From assembly GCA_964016885.1 (NCBI GenBank), contig OZ024742.1, forward strand, positions 159,092,001 to 159,156,000: a stretch of 64,000 bases of DNA. Direction: 5' to 3'. Under the pieces are notes generated by a model. It was not told the DNA's origin. It ran no database searches and saw only the letters and a list, made by a program, of their open reading frames with translations. Positions within the stretch are counted from its first letter, which is position 1; each line of letters begins with the position of its first letter. Below are positions 52,357 through 64,000 of this stretch, piece after piece. Source of the DNA: Eledone cirrhosa. Taxonomy: Eukaryota. Made by a program: the position numbers and the translations under genes.

Positions 52357-52467
52357 GGTCCCCGGACTCGAGTTTCTGCCGCACTGATGCAGCAGTAAGG
52401 TGCACTGCACCATCTGTCTGCATATATTATGCACAATCGGCTTATGGGGCTTCATCAGCGGGTATCG
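52357..52467 (-). ncRNA. Type I hammerhead with 75-nt stem II insertion (intact core, GUC site)
   Basis: CCCG-CUGAUGA-AGCC..GGCA-GAAA-CUCGAG-UC^CGGG; palindromic ACUCGAGU; lies in a ~280-bp island between TA tracts. Confidence 0.75.
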
Positions 52468-52599
52468 CCTAATCAATAACCAATCGATCGACATAATCCA
52501 AATATATATATATATATGTGTGTATGGGGAGGGGGTATATGTTGATATATATACATGTGTGAATATATAAGTATGTATATTTAAAATCCCACAAGGTGT

Positions 52600-53100
52600 G
52601 ACCCACGTAGTGTAAAGGACTATGAAGAAAGAGAAAGTAAGGCAGAAGGAATAAATTTACTTCAGATTTGAAAGGAGGAAAATAATGTGATGGTAGAGTT
52701 CCAAAGTCTGGCAGTTCAAGGAAAAAAAGCTATGACTGTAAAAAGACATCCTTATTCATGGAACCACAACAGCATGCAGATAAAGACGCTGTAAGTTTTA
52801 AATTAGGTGAGATGATACAAAATGATCGTGAACCAAAAGAGAAAGTTCATCAGAGCATTTCCTATGGTAATAACAGTAGAAAAGAGTAACACTGGTAACA
52901 TCACGCCAATGTGACAGGTTGCAGAGTTGAAGTAAGAGAGGAACTAATCAAATTAGAAACTTGTTTCTGAACCTGGTCGAAGAGATCCAAGTGACAAGAT
53001 GGTGTGCCTGCCCAAATACGTCAAGGGTATTCCATACAAGGACGAGTTGTGGATACAAGTTGACCTTCATGTAAGGTAGTCCTTAGAGGGAGCAAACCTA
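52600..53100 (-). mobile_element. Decayed Jockey/CR1-group LINE 3' fragment
   Basis: Remnant RPCMEY..IWAGTPSCHLDLFDQVQKQ. Confidence 0.55.
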
Positions 53101-54565
53101 CCTATTGATTATAGTAAGAACCCCAAGAAAGATGATTTATATATATAATATATATATCATCATCGCTTTTATGTCCTTTTTTCCACACTTGGATGTGTCC
53201 TTTTCAGCACAGCATCTTTCCATTCATCAGGTTCCTTCGTCATCTCTGAGTTTCAGCAGTTTGAGATCAGCTCTCACCACCTCCGCCCAGGTCTTAGGTC
53301 TATCTCTACTGTGGCTTCCTTTCACAGGGATTTGCTGGCACTTTTTCACCCAGAGATCCTTCGTTTACATCACAAGCCTGTACCAACCTCATCTGATTCC
53401 TCTTAAACCCAGTTTATCCCTCTGCTGTTCTCTCACATTTACATTGCATATCCAACATGGTTGCTTCATTTCGCTGCAGTCACTGCCCATGATGATGATG
53501 ATGATGATGATATATATAACATATATTCATATGTATATATATAGGAAGGGTATCCAGCTGTAGAAAGCTTGAAAAACAAAGGGTTGGGAGGACCCTTCAG
53601 TTGTGTCAATGACATGACAACTTCCCTTATGCTCGTGATCTACATGATAAAAGTACCCAGTACTCACTGAAAAGTGGTTGGTGTTAGGAAGGGCATCCAA
53701 CCATAGGAAGCTTCCCAAACAAGGGGTTGGGAGAACCCTTCAGTTTGTGTCAGAAGACACCACAACTTCTCTACACTCGATAGAAAATATAATCATATGT
53801 AAGCAAGATGTAGTCCACCATAGCCTGTCTGGGAGGCCAGTAACCCTGCTTCAGTACTGACTTGATCTATATAGACCTATCCAACCTTTGCTACCATGGA
53901 AAGTGGACAGTAAACAAGGCTGACTAGGACCCGTCCAGCCCTTGCAAGCAGGGAAAAGCAGACGAAAAATGATGATGATGATTATATGTATAAAATATAT
54001 ATGTGTGTGGATGTGTATTCTGAGTTCAAATCCCACTGAGGTCAACTTCACCTTTCATCCTTTTTGCTTTGATAAAATAAAGTACCAGTCAAGTCTTGAG
54101 ATCAATTTAACTGACTACTTTCCCCCCAACAAATTTGTGCCTTCTAATTATTTTGAATAAAATCATTATTCCCTCTGTGGTAATATTACAAGTCTCTTCG
54201 AAATTCTTATTGACATTTAATAAAATGGAAATATTTAATGTACCATTGTTTTTTAGCTCTGGATCAGTCCTGATCGAGCATGTGTGTGATCAAAGATGTT
54301 CCAGCTATGATTATCCTGTTTTTATATCAGAGACTACTCTTACACTGTCTTTATGCAATTTGAAAATGTGGCCGTTATTTCTAGCAAATCAAACGACTGT
54401 GCAGAGATTTGTGTTATATCATGTGGTTTTTGGCATATTGGAACTTGGTTTTGATTTCTAACATTTCAAGTGATCCCATTTCATTTCATTGATACTGTTA
54501 ATCACTAATACAGTTAGAAAATGCATACACAACATTTCTTTTTCAGCATCAACCATCAGCTACAT

Positions 54566-55521
54566 ATCATCATCATCATCATCGTTTAACGTCCATGTTC
54601 CACGCTTGCATGGGTTTGGACGGGAGTTTTCCCACTTGAGGCAAGAGTGGTTGTCTTGCTCGCATAGGACCGTCTGGCGGGTTTTCTACAGCTGGATGCC
54701 CTTCCTAACACCAACCACATTTACAGTGTGGGACTGGGAGGTTTTTACCGTGTTGCCTACACGGCCACATTACAGCGTGGACTGTGTGTTTTTTTGTCGT
54801 GACACCTACATGATCTCATTTGTTTCGGCCTGGATGTTGTGGCACCAACATAATTTTACATTGAAAGGGGTGGGGGTGGTGGGTCGGGGGTGTGTTTTGT
54901 TAGAGATGCCTACTGACTGTAGTAGGTTTTACTTTGTATTCAGGTAAGGCGGGTCTTCTCTATTACTGAGTACCGCCAAAGATCTCGGTCCAGTGACATT
55001 GTCTTGGAGAGGAGTAAGTGTGTGAGGTCGGAATTTATCAGGTCGTCCCAGGTTTTTCTGGGTCTGCCTACTCCGTGGCTACCGTCTATCTTTATTGCCC
55101 TGCACTTTTTTATACAGCTGTCGTCTTTCATGCGCATCACGTGACCATACCAACGTAGCCTTCTCTCGACTAAACAACATCTGATCCCTCTTATTTCTAA
55201 TTTTTCCCTTAGTTCGTTTATGCTTTGCCGTTCGCGTATATTACTATTACACATCCAGCGGAGCATGCAAGCTTCGTTCCTCTCTAGTCGGCGTATATCC
55301 TCTGCACACAATGCCCAGGTCTCACTGCCATGCAACATTGCTGTTCGTATGCAGGCATCATACAGCCTGCCTTTCATTTTTAGGGAGAACCCTTTAGCGG
55401 CTAATAGTGGTATAAGCTCTCTGAACTTTTTCCATCCAGTTCTGACTCTAGCTACTGTACTTTCAGAGCACCCTCCCCCACTGCTGATTTTGTCACCCAG
55501 GTAACGGAAGCTGTCCACTAT
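54566..55521 (-). mobile_element. RTE LINE 3' fragment
   Basis: ORF 54940-55566 (DSFRYLG..GRPRKTW), full 3' UTR and (GAT)n tail. Confidence 0.9.
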
Positions 55522-55623
55522 GTTGGTATGTTTTAAATAAACATCAAACAAACGATTTTGTATCATAGAATAATTTCAGGCTGTTTGGTATCAACTGTTT
55601 TGAGATAGGACAACTTTACTTGC

Positions 55624-55860
55624 TTAACCCTTCATGCTGCATTTCTAATGAAATACACTCTATTTTAATTAATTAATGAAGAATTTTGAGGGATTTACTA
55701 AAATTATTAAAAATTTAATTACTAAGATAGTAACGTAATGTAAGGTTTTTATATCAAATTATGTTCGAAGATTTTAATTTAAATTAGAAACATTTAAAAT
55801 GGGTGTTTTATTTCATAGAACAGGAGTGAGTTTTGGCCAGGTTTGTAACTAAAGGGTTAA
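55624..55860. mobile_element. piggyBac-type MITE (TTAA|CCCTT...AAGGG|TTAA)
   Basis: TTAA at both ends, CCC/GGG termini. Confidence 0.65.
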
Positions 55861-55961
55861 GGTTTCTTGAAAAAAGCATTTTGTTTTAACTGTTGAATTG
55901 TTTTCCTAATTATTGTGTTTATTATATTTATTTTATTGCTTCTGGCATCTTTTTTTTAAAG

Positions 55962-56188
55962 GTTTGAGCAGGAAATTCTTGTTCCATCGAGTGATGATGA
56001 TAATGATATACCAAGAATGATCATTGGCTCTAACACCTACACAAAGGTTCAAGCCCAGCTGAAGTTAGCAAGACATCCTGGGGAAGATTTTCCTGTCAAC
56101 TCAGCTCCCAATATGGTTATGGATAAGTGTCTTCAGCCAACATCTTCACCACATATTTCTCAATCTTCTATGGAAATACCTTTGTCAG
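55962..56188 (+). CDS. RBM42: RBM42 coding exon 2 (FEQEILVPSS..MIIGSNTYTKVQAQL..EIPLS)
   Basis: ttttaaAG acceptor, GTTTGT donor; 227 nt, phase 2->1. Matches FEQE and IIATNTYQQVQQTL. Confidence 0.9.
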
Positions 56189-56416
56189 GTTTGTGTTCCT
56201 CTTTTTGTCAGTTGATTCGCTTTTAGATGGAATTCTAATTTGGGCATATCTTATTTTTTTTTCACCATCATTTTATGTCTACTTTTCCTTACTGGTATGG
56301 GTTGTACAAGATGGCTTGGTTTGAATCAGTTCATATTCACAGTTATTGCCTTCTAAGACAACATATGGACTACATCTGGCTCATATGCTCCATTTTTTAT
56401 CTTCATAATCATCATA

Positions 56417-56941
56417 TAACCCTTTCGCATTCACATTACTCTATATATATTATTATATCCTGCGTCTCCAACAGACCAGTGTCTGTCCTTAGGGCATCAA
56501 CATACGTTAACCTTGGTCTTCCTCTTCCAGTGTGTCCATGTAGCGGCTCCCGCAGGAGCACTGAGTGCAATGTCAACTCTGGATGTCGGTGAGATTGTCC
56601 AGCCAACCTCAGTCTCCTCTGTGTCACTTTTGAGCTGACTTTTGGGAGCGACATGGCAGCGATAATGAGGGACAGAGACCGCTGAAGAGAAATCGTCCAT
56701 GGATCTCGTTAATTTTACCTGCTCTAGATAGATACTATTATATTTTCATGGTAAAAGCTTTACCTCACATAATTATCTCACATAATTATCTCACATAATA
56801 TCGAATCTATGAGATTTTGAAAGTATTTATTTTGAGAACAATACCTTAACATCAGTTTGAGCGACCAGTTACAGCCAGTTTCAACAGAAAGAGGTAGAGA
56901 ATTCTGGCCGGTTTTGGTCGGTTTGAACATTAAAGGGTTAA
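56417..56941. mobile_element. piggyBac-type MITE interrupted by a 5'-inverted LINE fragment (56453-56734)
   Basis: Flanks match 28504-28720. The insert has a minus segment (56455-56646) and a plus segment (56650-56734) ending in TAGATAGATA. Confidence 0.85.
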
Positions 56942-56984
56942 CATCAATTGTTCATGCTTGTATAGATTAGACAGGTTGAGTATT

Positions 56985-57535
56985 TTATTGTGGCACTACC
57001 ACCTTACAGAGTAGACTGGGTACCTTTTTTTTTGTATCAGCAGCATTACTGCCTTACAGGATGTACTGGATGCATTTTGTGATTCTGGCACTACCAGCAT
57101 ACAGAGTGAACTGAGTGCATGTTGTTGTGACACATGCACTATCACTTTACAAGGAGGACTGTAAGCATTTTATCGTATTACCAACACTACCACCTTACAG
57201 GGTGAACTGGTGGCACATTTTCGTGGCACTAACACTACCACTTTAGAAGGTGGACTGGGAGTACTTCATTGTGACTCTGGCACTACCACATTACAGAATG
57301 GACTAGGAACATTTTATCCTGGCTCTGGCACTGCCACTTTACAGAGAGAACTGGGAGCATTTTATTGTGACTCCAACGCCTTACAGAGTGGACTTGAGCA
57401 TTTTATCTTAACTCTGGCATTACCACCTTAAAAAGTAGACTGGAAGCATTTTATCATAACTCCATCACTACCACTTTACAGGGTGGACTAAGAACATTTT
57501 ATGACTCCAGCACTACCAATTTACAGGGTAGACTT
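56985..57535 (-). repeat. ~48-bp degenerate minisatellite from RTE-type 3' UTR (~12 units)
   Basis: Units ggcactaccaccttacagagtggactgg..gcattttatt; reverse complement of the 30880 unit. Confidence 0.8.
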
Positions 57536-58179
57536 ATAAAACTTAATTGTGTGGTAACAAGTATATTTCTACTTATTTTTCTTGTCATTCTTCTTAACCT
57601 CAGGAGAAAAGGTAGTTCCCATGATACTTTTTAAGGTCCTCCTAGACTGCTAGGAGTGAGAGAAGAAAGGTAGTTCCCATGTTCCTTTTTAAGAACCTGT
57701 TAGACTGCCTGAATCCTTACAACAGAGTGGACTCAAAGGGCCAGATGGTGTTAAACTGGTTTCACCAGTGTAGTTGATGCCCAAGCAGGGCATGACAGGA
57801 CTTCAACTCAGAACACAAAGAGCAAGAATAAATACTGCAATGCTTTCTATCTGACATTCTAATAACTCTACTAGTCTACTGTCCTTGATTAGAACTTTAT
57901 CAACCTCCAAGGGATGAAAGGCAAAATTGATCTCTGCAAGATTTGAACTTATAATGTAAAGAACTGGAATAAATACCACAATGTATTATTCTTACTCTTT
58001 GTGTTCTGAGTTCAAGTCCTGGCATGTTCTAGTCATGCATTTGGTTCAACTAATAAGACTAAATTCCTGAAAATACTCCAATGGCATGTAAACAATTAAG
58101 TGTTAGGTATTTTATGCTAGAAAGAAAAAAGGGCCAACTTCTTCAGAATACCTTGAAAGAGTTCTAGCACATAATAGAG

Positions 58180-59440
58180 AAAGTGTAAAGTTAGACAAGG
58201 TGCTGTTCGGTTTTGTGCTTGGGAGAAGTACTACATGCCCTCCTCCTAATGAGACAACTAAAAGAGAAGTTCTTATTCAAGAATAACCCACTATATTTAG
58301 CTTTTGTTGATCTAGAAAAAGCCTTTGACAGAGTACTTCGATCTGTCATCTGGCTGTCCCTTAGGAAACTAAGGGTAGAAGAGTGGCTTGTGAGAGCTGT
58401 GCAAGCCATGTTTAGATGAGTAGGAAGTGAGTTTAGGTAGGGCTAAGTCCTCAGCCCACTTCTGTTCATTATAGTTGCCATAACATGGGAACTTCTATAT
58501 GCTGAATCTATGGAAGGACTAGAGATTAAGCTCCAACAGTGGAAACAATTTGTAATCAAAAGGGCTGAGAGTAAACTTAACCAAAACTAAAGTGCTTGTA
58601 AACAGGAAAGAAGATAGGTCCCTAATTCCTTCAGGGAAGTCGCCCTGCTCAATATATAGAAAAGGAGTAGGCATAAACTCTATACGATGTGCACAATATA
58701 AATCTTTGGTACACAAGAGATATGGTGGGATAACAGGTAGACTAACTGGAAAAGAAAACTTTCTGTGTAGATGTTCAGGGTTAATTGATAATATCAATGA
58801 CAATGACATTTTCTCCAAGAAGGATTCATAGAAGTGGTTGGTAGCTTCTGCTATCTAGGTGATTTAATTAGTAGTGGAGGTGAGTGCTCCGAGAGCATAG
58901 TAGCTAGAATAAGGATAGGATGGAAGAAGTTTAGGGAAGTAGTACATCTGTTTTCAATAAAAGGTTTCTCTGAATGAAAGGCTGGCTGTATGTTGCCTGT
59001 GTGCAAAGTGTTATGATGCGTGGCTCTGAAACATGGACAATGACTGCAGAGGATATGTTCAGGTTAGAGAGAAATGAAGCAGGCATGCTTCAATGGATGT
59101 GCAATGTTAATTTAAGAGAATGATAGAGCTTGGTTGAACTAAGAAAAACTGTGTATAAGAGGAATCAGAAGTAGTGTGCAAGAGAAAAGACTTTGTTCGT
59201 ATGGACATATGATGCACATGGATGGTGATTGCTGGGTGAAGAAGTACCAAGAAACCCCAGTGGAAGGAAGCCACAGTAGAAGACTGGGGCAGAGGTGGTG
59301 TGAGCTGAACTCAAATTGCTGAACTCAGAGTGGAGATGTTGAAGGATCGCGATAAAGGGTGAGATGATTTGCTGCAAAAGACCCGTCTAACCCATGCAAG
59401 TATGGAAAAAACGGACTTAAAACAATGATAATGATGATGA
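58180..59440 (+). mobile_element. Decayed RTE LINE
   Basis: ORFs 58213-58419 and 58592-58831; (GAT)n tail. Confidence 0.85.
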
Positions 59441-59555
59441 TATATATTCTCGTTTTTTGTATTTTATAAATTTCTGTATTTAAGTAAAATAAAGGACTCA
59501 ATGCTGATAGAATATAATGTTACTTACTTGTTTACATTTCTGTTTCATTTTACAG

Positions 59556-60320
59556 TTTTGTCAGCTCCACCACCACCTCCACCACCACCAACAGGTCCTC
59601 CACGAATGCACAGTCATTTTGCAAGACCACCACCACCGCCGCCTCATCCACCACCCATGCCCCGGCCTGCTCCTTCCTTTCTACCTCATCAGCTGCGGCA
59701 TCGTCCACCCATACCTGTCCGACACCCTATGCACATGCCTCCCCGACCGGGTGGCATGCCCCCTTTCCAACCACCTCCACCCCAACACAGGCCCCCTATC
59801 ATGAACTCTATGCAAGGCAACGCTCCTCCACCACCCATGCCCAACCACATGATGATGTCTCAACAGCGGTCCTTCATAGGCCCTCCTCCTCCGGGGACCA
59901 TGTTTTCCCCTCATTCCCTTGATACAGTCCCAAAAGCAGATATGATGCCCCAAATGGCTAACATTGAAAAACCCCAAGTCATCTATTCAGCCCCTCCTAC
60001 CAGTAAAAATAAAAAGCCCGAGATGAATAAACAGCCCCACAGCTTGCCTGTAGGTATGCCCCATGCCCCCAACAACATGGCATCGATCCAAACCTCTTCA
60101 TCAGCAGCTGTATCAGTATCCTCTTATCAGACGTCAGATATGTCCCAGATGACCCCAGTTGACAACACAGCTCAGGACGATGAGCAACTGGTAGAGGTAT
60201 CGAATGACAATGATGGCACGGTGCAACAGAAGAAAGAGAAGAAAGAGAAAAAAAGAAAATTTATCCGAACTGCTGCTGGTCAAATTTGGGAAGATGCTAC
60301 TCTTACTGAATGGGGGACTG
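59556..60320 (+). CDS. RBM42: RBM42 coding exon 3 (Pro-rich region ..PSFLPHQLR..KKRKFIRTAAGQIWEDATLTEWGT)
   Basis: ttttacAG acceptor, GTAAGA donor; 765 nt, phase 1->1. IRTAAG..WED..L.EW immediately precedes the RRM in RBM42. Confidence 0.93.
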
Positions 60321-60479
60321 GTAAGAAACCATTTTGACATTCACACATTTTTTACTGGCACATGTCTAAAACCACATGTTAAAGTGGTCTTTTATTGGTG
60401 TGTCATTTGATTGGCCTTCAACAGCCTCTATGATTTTAATGGGGTCAGTACCTTCAAGTGTTTTAATCAATTACTTCAG

Positions 60480-60760
60480 TCTAGTCTAAGTCTATCTCAA
60501 ACCAAGAGGCTCGTCAGGCCGGTGCTTATCCCAGTTTCGTGGCATGAAGTGACAGAGTACAAGAATCCCCCCTGAACCCAACGCCAGTCCATCACAAGGT
60601 CAAACCCTAGCCATTGTTGTTACTCATTTTTAGTTGAATATACTAGAGTAATGTGAAATGAAGTGTTTTGCTCAAGAACATATAACGCAGCCCAGGAATT
60701 GAACCCATGATATTATGATCGTAAGTCCAGCACCCTTACCACTAGGCCATGCACCTCTAC
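60480..60760 (-). mobile_element. tRNA-derived SINE
   Basis: Minus-strand tggcctagtggtaaggg..gggttcaattcc..cttgagcaaaacact. Confidence 0.6.
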
Positions 60761-61479
60761 CGAATTATATCAATTGCAATAAAATCACTCTTATTACCAT
60801 CATTTTCTGCATTTGCGACACACATGATATTTGTGTGCAAAGTGCAATGTTGCATGGTAGTGAGATATGAGCAGTGAATGCGGAGGATATGCAAAGGCTG
60901 GAGAAAAATAAATGTTCAGTTTTAATATGAATGAAAGACAAAGCTTTGATAAACTGCGAAAAAATCCCGACATAATGGACCACCACACGTGTTGTTTTTG
61001 ATCAGATAAAGCACATGTATTGCTGGTTGGGTTAAAAAATGTTCTTATCATCTGAGATCTCCCTCTGATGAAAAGCATGTTCTGCCAATGTTTAATTGCC
61101 TTAGTTATGCTTTGAAACTGCAGTAATGGAATTTCAAGTTGAATATAAGTTTATTCTCTGAGTCTCCCATCTTCGAAACATTAAAATCCTCTTCCTGCTA
61201 TTTCAAGCATTAACCTAATATATTCCTTCCATATACTGTACCGATTGTGTTGTTATTTCTGTTTACCTTTTACATGGATATATATATGTATATATGTAAA
61301 TGTGGTTGGTGTAAGGAAGGGCATCCAGCTGTAGAAAACCCGCCAGACAGTCCTATGCGAGCAAGACAACCACTCTTGCCTCAAGTGGGAAAACTCCCGT
61401 CCAAACCCATGCAAACGTGGAACATGGACGTTAAACGATGATGATGATGATGATTATATATATATATGGAGATAAATGT

Positions 61480-63302
61480 GTTGGAGATAAATGTGTCTGG
61501 GATGATGCCGGTGTACTTAGTGTCATGAATGATCAGAACAAAAGGAGGCCCGGAAATGTCATTATGAGAGACTGATAAATGTGGAGAATGAATGGGAGAG
61601 AGAGAAATTACCCTTAGTAGATCCGACAGAGGGACCAGCTATTGAGATTGACGAATATAGGGTCCAAGAGGCGATTAGGGAAATGAAAAATGGTAAGGCT
61701 GCTGGACCATTGGGAATAGTTGCTGAGATGCTGAAGGCATCAGGGGACGTAGGCACTAAACTGGTTGCACGCATCATCAATCAGGCTATATATGGTGGTG
61801 TCATACCCAAAGACTGGTGCAGCAGTATTCTCATAAATTGCTACAAAGGTAAAGGGGATGCTCTGGAGAGGAGCAATTATAGGGGTATAAAACTGATAGA
61901 TCAGGTTATGAAAGTGGCAGAAAGGATATTAGCACAACTAATTAGAGAAAGCGTCAAACTAAGTGAGATGCAGTTTGGTTTTGTGCCTGGGCAGAGTACA
62001 ACAGATGCCCTCTTCTTGGTGAGACAATTGCAAGAGAGGTTCTTAGAGAAAAATAAGCCACTATACTTAGCCTTTGTTGACCTAGAGAAGGCCTTTGATA
62101 GGGTACCCCGATCTGTCATCTGGTGGTCCCTAAGGAAGCTAGGTGTTGAGGAATGGCTTGTGAGGACAGTGCAAACTTTGTACAGAGGTACTCTCAGTAA
62201 AGTCAGGGTAGGAATGGAGTTTAGTGAGGAATTCCAGATACAAGTAGGAGTACATCAAGGTTCAGTCCTCAGCCCGCTCTTGTTCATTATACTCCAAGCC
62301 ATAACAGAGGAGTTTAAGACTGGCTGTCCATGGGAACTTCTCTATGCTCACGATCTGGTTCTTATAGCAGAATCAGTAGAGGAGCTAGAGAATAAATTCT
62401 GGCTATGGAAACAGCAGTTGGAAGCAAGAGGACTGAGAGTGAACCTAGCTAAGACAAAAGTGTTGATGAGTAGAAAAGAGGACAAAACCCTGATTCCGTC
62501 AGGGAAATGGCCATGTTCGATATGCAGAAAAGGAACTGGCATAAATTCTATAAAATGCACACAATGCAGATCCTGGGTACACAAGAGATGTAGCGGGATA
62601 GCAGGCAAACTAACAGGTAGGGAGAAATAGGTATACAGTAGATGTACAGGGAAATTAGACAGTAGAAGTCGCATTGATAGACTCATTTTTCAAATGCAGG
62701 AGGGCGCTATAGAAGTGGTGGATAGCTTCTGGTACCTAGGAGATCAGATTAGCATGGGAGGAGGGGGTTCCGAGGCCATAGTATCTAGAATAAGGACAGG
62801 TTGGAAGAAGTTTAGGGAGCTGCTTCCTCTGTTGACGAAGAAGGGTTTCTCCCTGCGTACGAAAGGCCGGTTGTATGATGCCTGTTTGAGGAGCGCGATG
62901 CTGCATGGTTGTGAGACATGGGCAGCAACTGCAGAGGATATGCGACAGCTGGAGAGAAATGAGGCAAGCATGCTCCGTTGGATGTGCAGTGTAAATGTGC
63001 ATGAACGACCCAGCATAAATGTGTTGAGAGAGAAACTGTGTCTGAGAGGGATAGAATGTAGTGTACGGGAGAGGAGACTGAGGTGGTATGGACATGTGAT
63101 GTGCATGGAGAATGCCAGTTGAAGGAAGACGTGGTAGAGGTAGACCACGAAAAACATGGGCGGGGGTGGTGAGAACAGACCTCAGATCATTGAAGCTCAC
63201 GGTGGAGATGACGAAGGACTGTGACGAGTGGAGAGATGCTGTGCTGAATAAGACCCGTCCCACCCTTGCAAGCAGGGAAAAGCGGACGTAAAATGATGAT
63301 GA

Positions 63303-63306
<4 letters not shown>
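61480..63306 (+). mobile_element. Longest RTE LINE copy (RT pseudogene; YAHD in place of YADD, internal stop and deletion)
   Basis: ORFs 61581-62630 and 62694-63122; (GAT)n tail runs into (TA)n. Confidence 0.92.
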
Positions 63307-63342
<36 letters not shown>

Positions 63343-63346
<4 letters not shown>

Positions 63347-64000
63347 TCATCATCATCTTCGTTTAACGTCCATCTTCCACGCTAGCATGGGTTAGACGGG
63401 AGTTGTCCCACTTGAGGCAAGGTTGGTCGGGTGACCGTGTCTCGCTCATATGGGACTATCTGGCAGGTTTTCTACGGCTGGATGCCCTTCCTAACACCAA
63501 CCACATTTACTGTGTTACCTACACGGCCACATTACAGCGTGGACTGTGTGTTTTTTTGTCGTGACACCTCGATCTCATTATCTCATTTATTTGGACTAGA
63601 TATTGTGGTACCAACTTTACAGAGAGAGGTTGGTGGGAGTGGGAGGATAGGGTAGAGGCAGTGGATTGGGGTGTATATTTGGTTAAGAGGTGCTTACTGA
63701 CTAGGTTTCGCTTTGTACATAGGCAAGGTGGGTCTTCTGTATTACTGTGTAGCGCCAAAGATCTCGGTCCAGTGACATTGTCTTAGAGAGATGCAAGTGT
63801 GTAAGGTCGGAATTTATCAAATTGTCCCAGGTTTTTCTGGGTCTACCTACTCCATAACTGCCATCAATTTTGATTGCCCTGCACTTTTTTATACAGCTGT
63901 CGTCTTTCATGCGCATCATGTGACCATACCAACGTAGTCTTCTCTCAAGTAAACAGCATCTGATCCCTCTTATTCCTAATTTCTCACTTTGTTCATTTAT
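63343..64000 (-). mobile_element. RTE LINE 3' end (continues beyond the window)
   Basis: ORF 63701-63919; (CAT)n tail, tail-to-tail with the previous copy across (TA)n. Confidence 0.9.

Noticed and set aside
59501-59555. ORF-track start of the Pro-rich protein
   Set aside because: This is an intronic polypyrimidine tract; the phase-compatible acceptor is at 59554-59555.

Overview
Eukaryotic, AT- and repeat-rich DNA. The SINE and RTE repertoire and the (TA)n density point to an octopod cephalopod (inference). Two intron-rich host genes lie head-to-head. VAMP4 is on the minus strand (four coding exons, ATG at 42726, 3' exons not found in the window). RBM42 is on the plus strand (three coding exons from ATG 51343; the RRM lies beyond the window). 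The rest is (TA)n arrays, RTE LINE fragments whose RT carries an embedded PHD-type finger, one young CR1-group LINE, a CRE-like LINE, a mariner remnant, piggyBac-type MITEs, tRNA-derived SINEs and minisatellites. The long YI-repeat ORFs are microsatellite artefacts. The most notable signal is a set of ORF-less modules embedded in (TA)n that carry type I hammerhead ribozyme (HHR) motifs: four with intact catalytic cores and stems (3590, 5330, 47925, 52357), one near-intact (51688) and several decayed or partial. They fall into about three structural classes, show stem covariation, and often carry a head-to-head inverted 5'-truncated copy. This resembles Penelope-like pLTR or retrozyme-type non-autonomous retroelements. 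All calls were read by eye, and TE boundaries are approximate.
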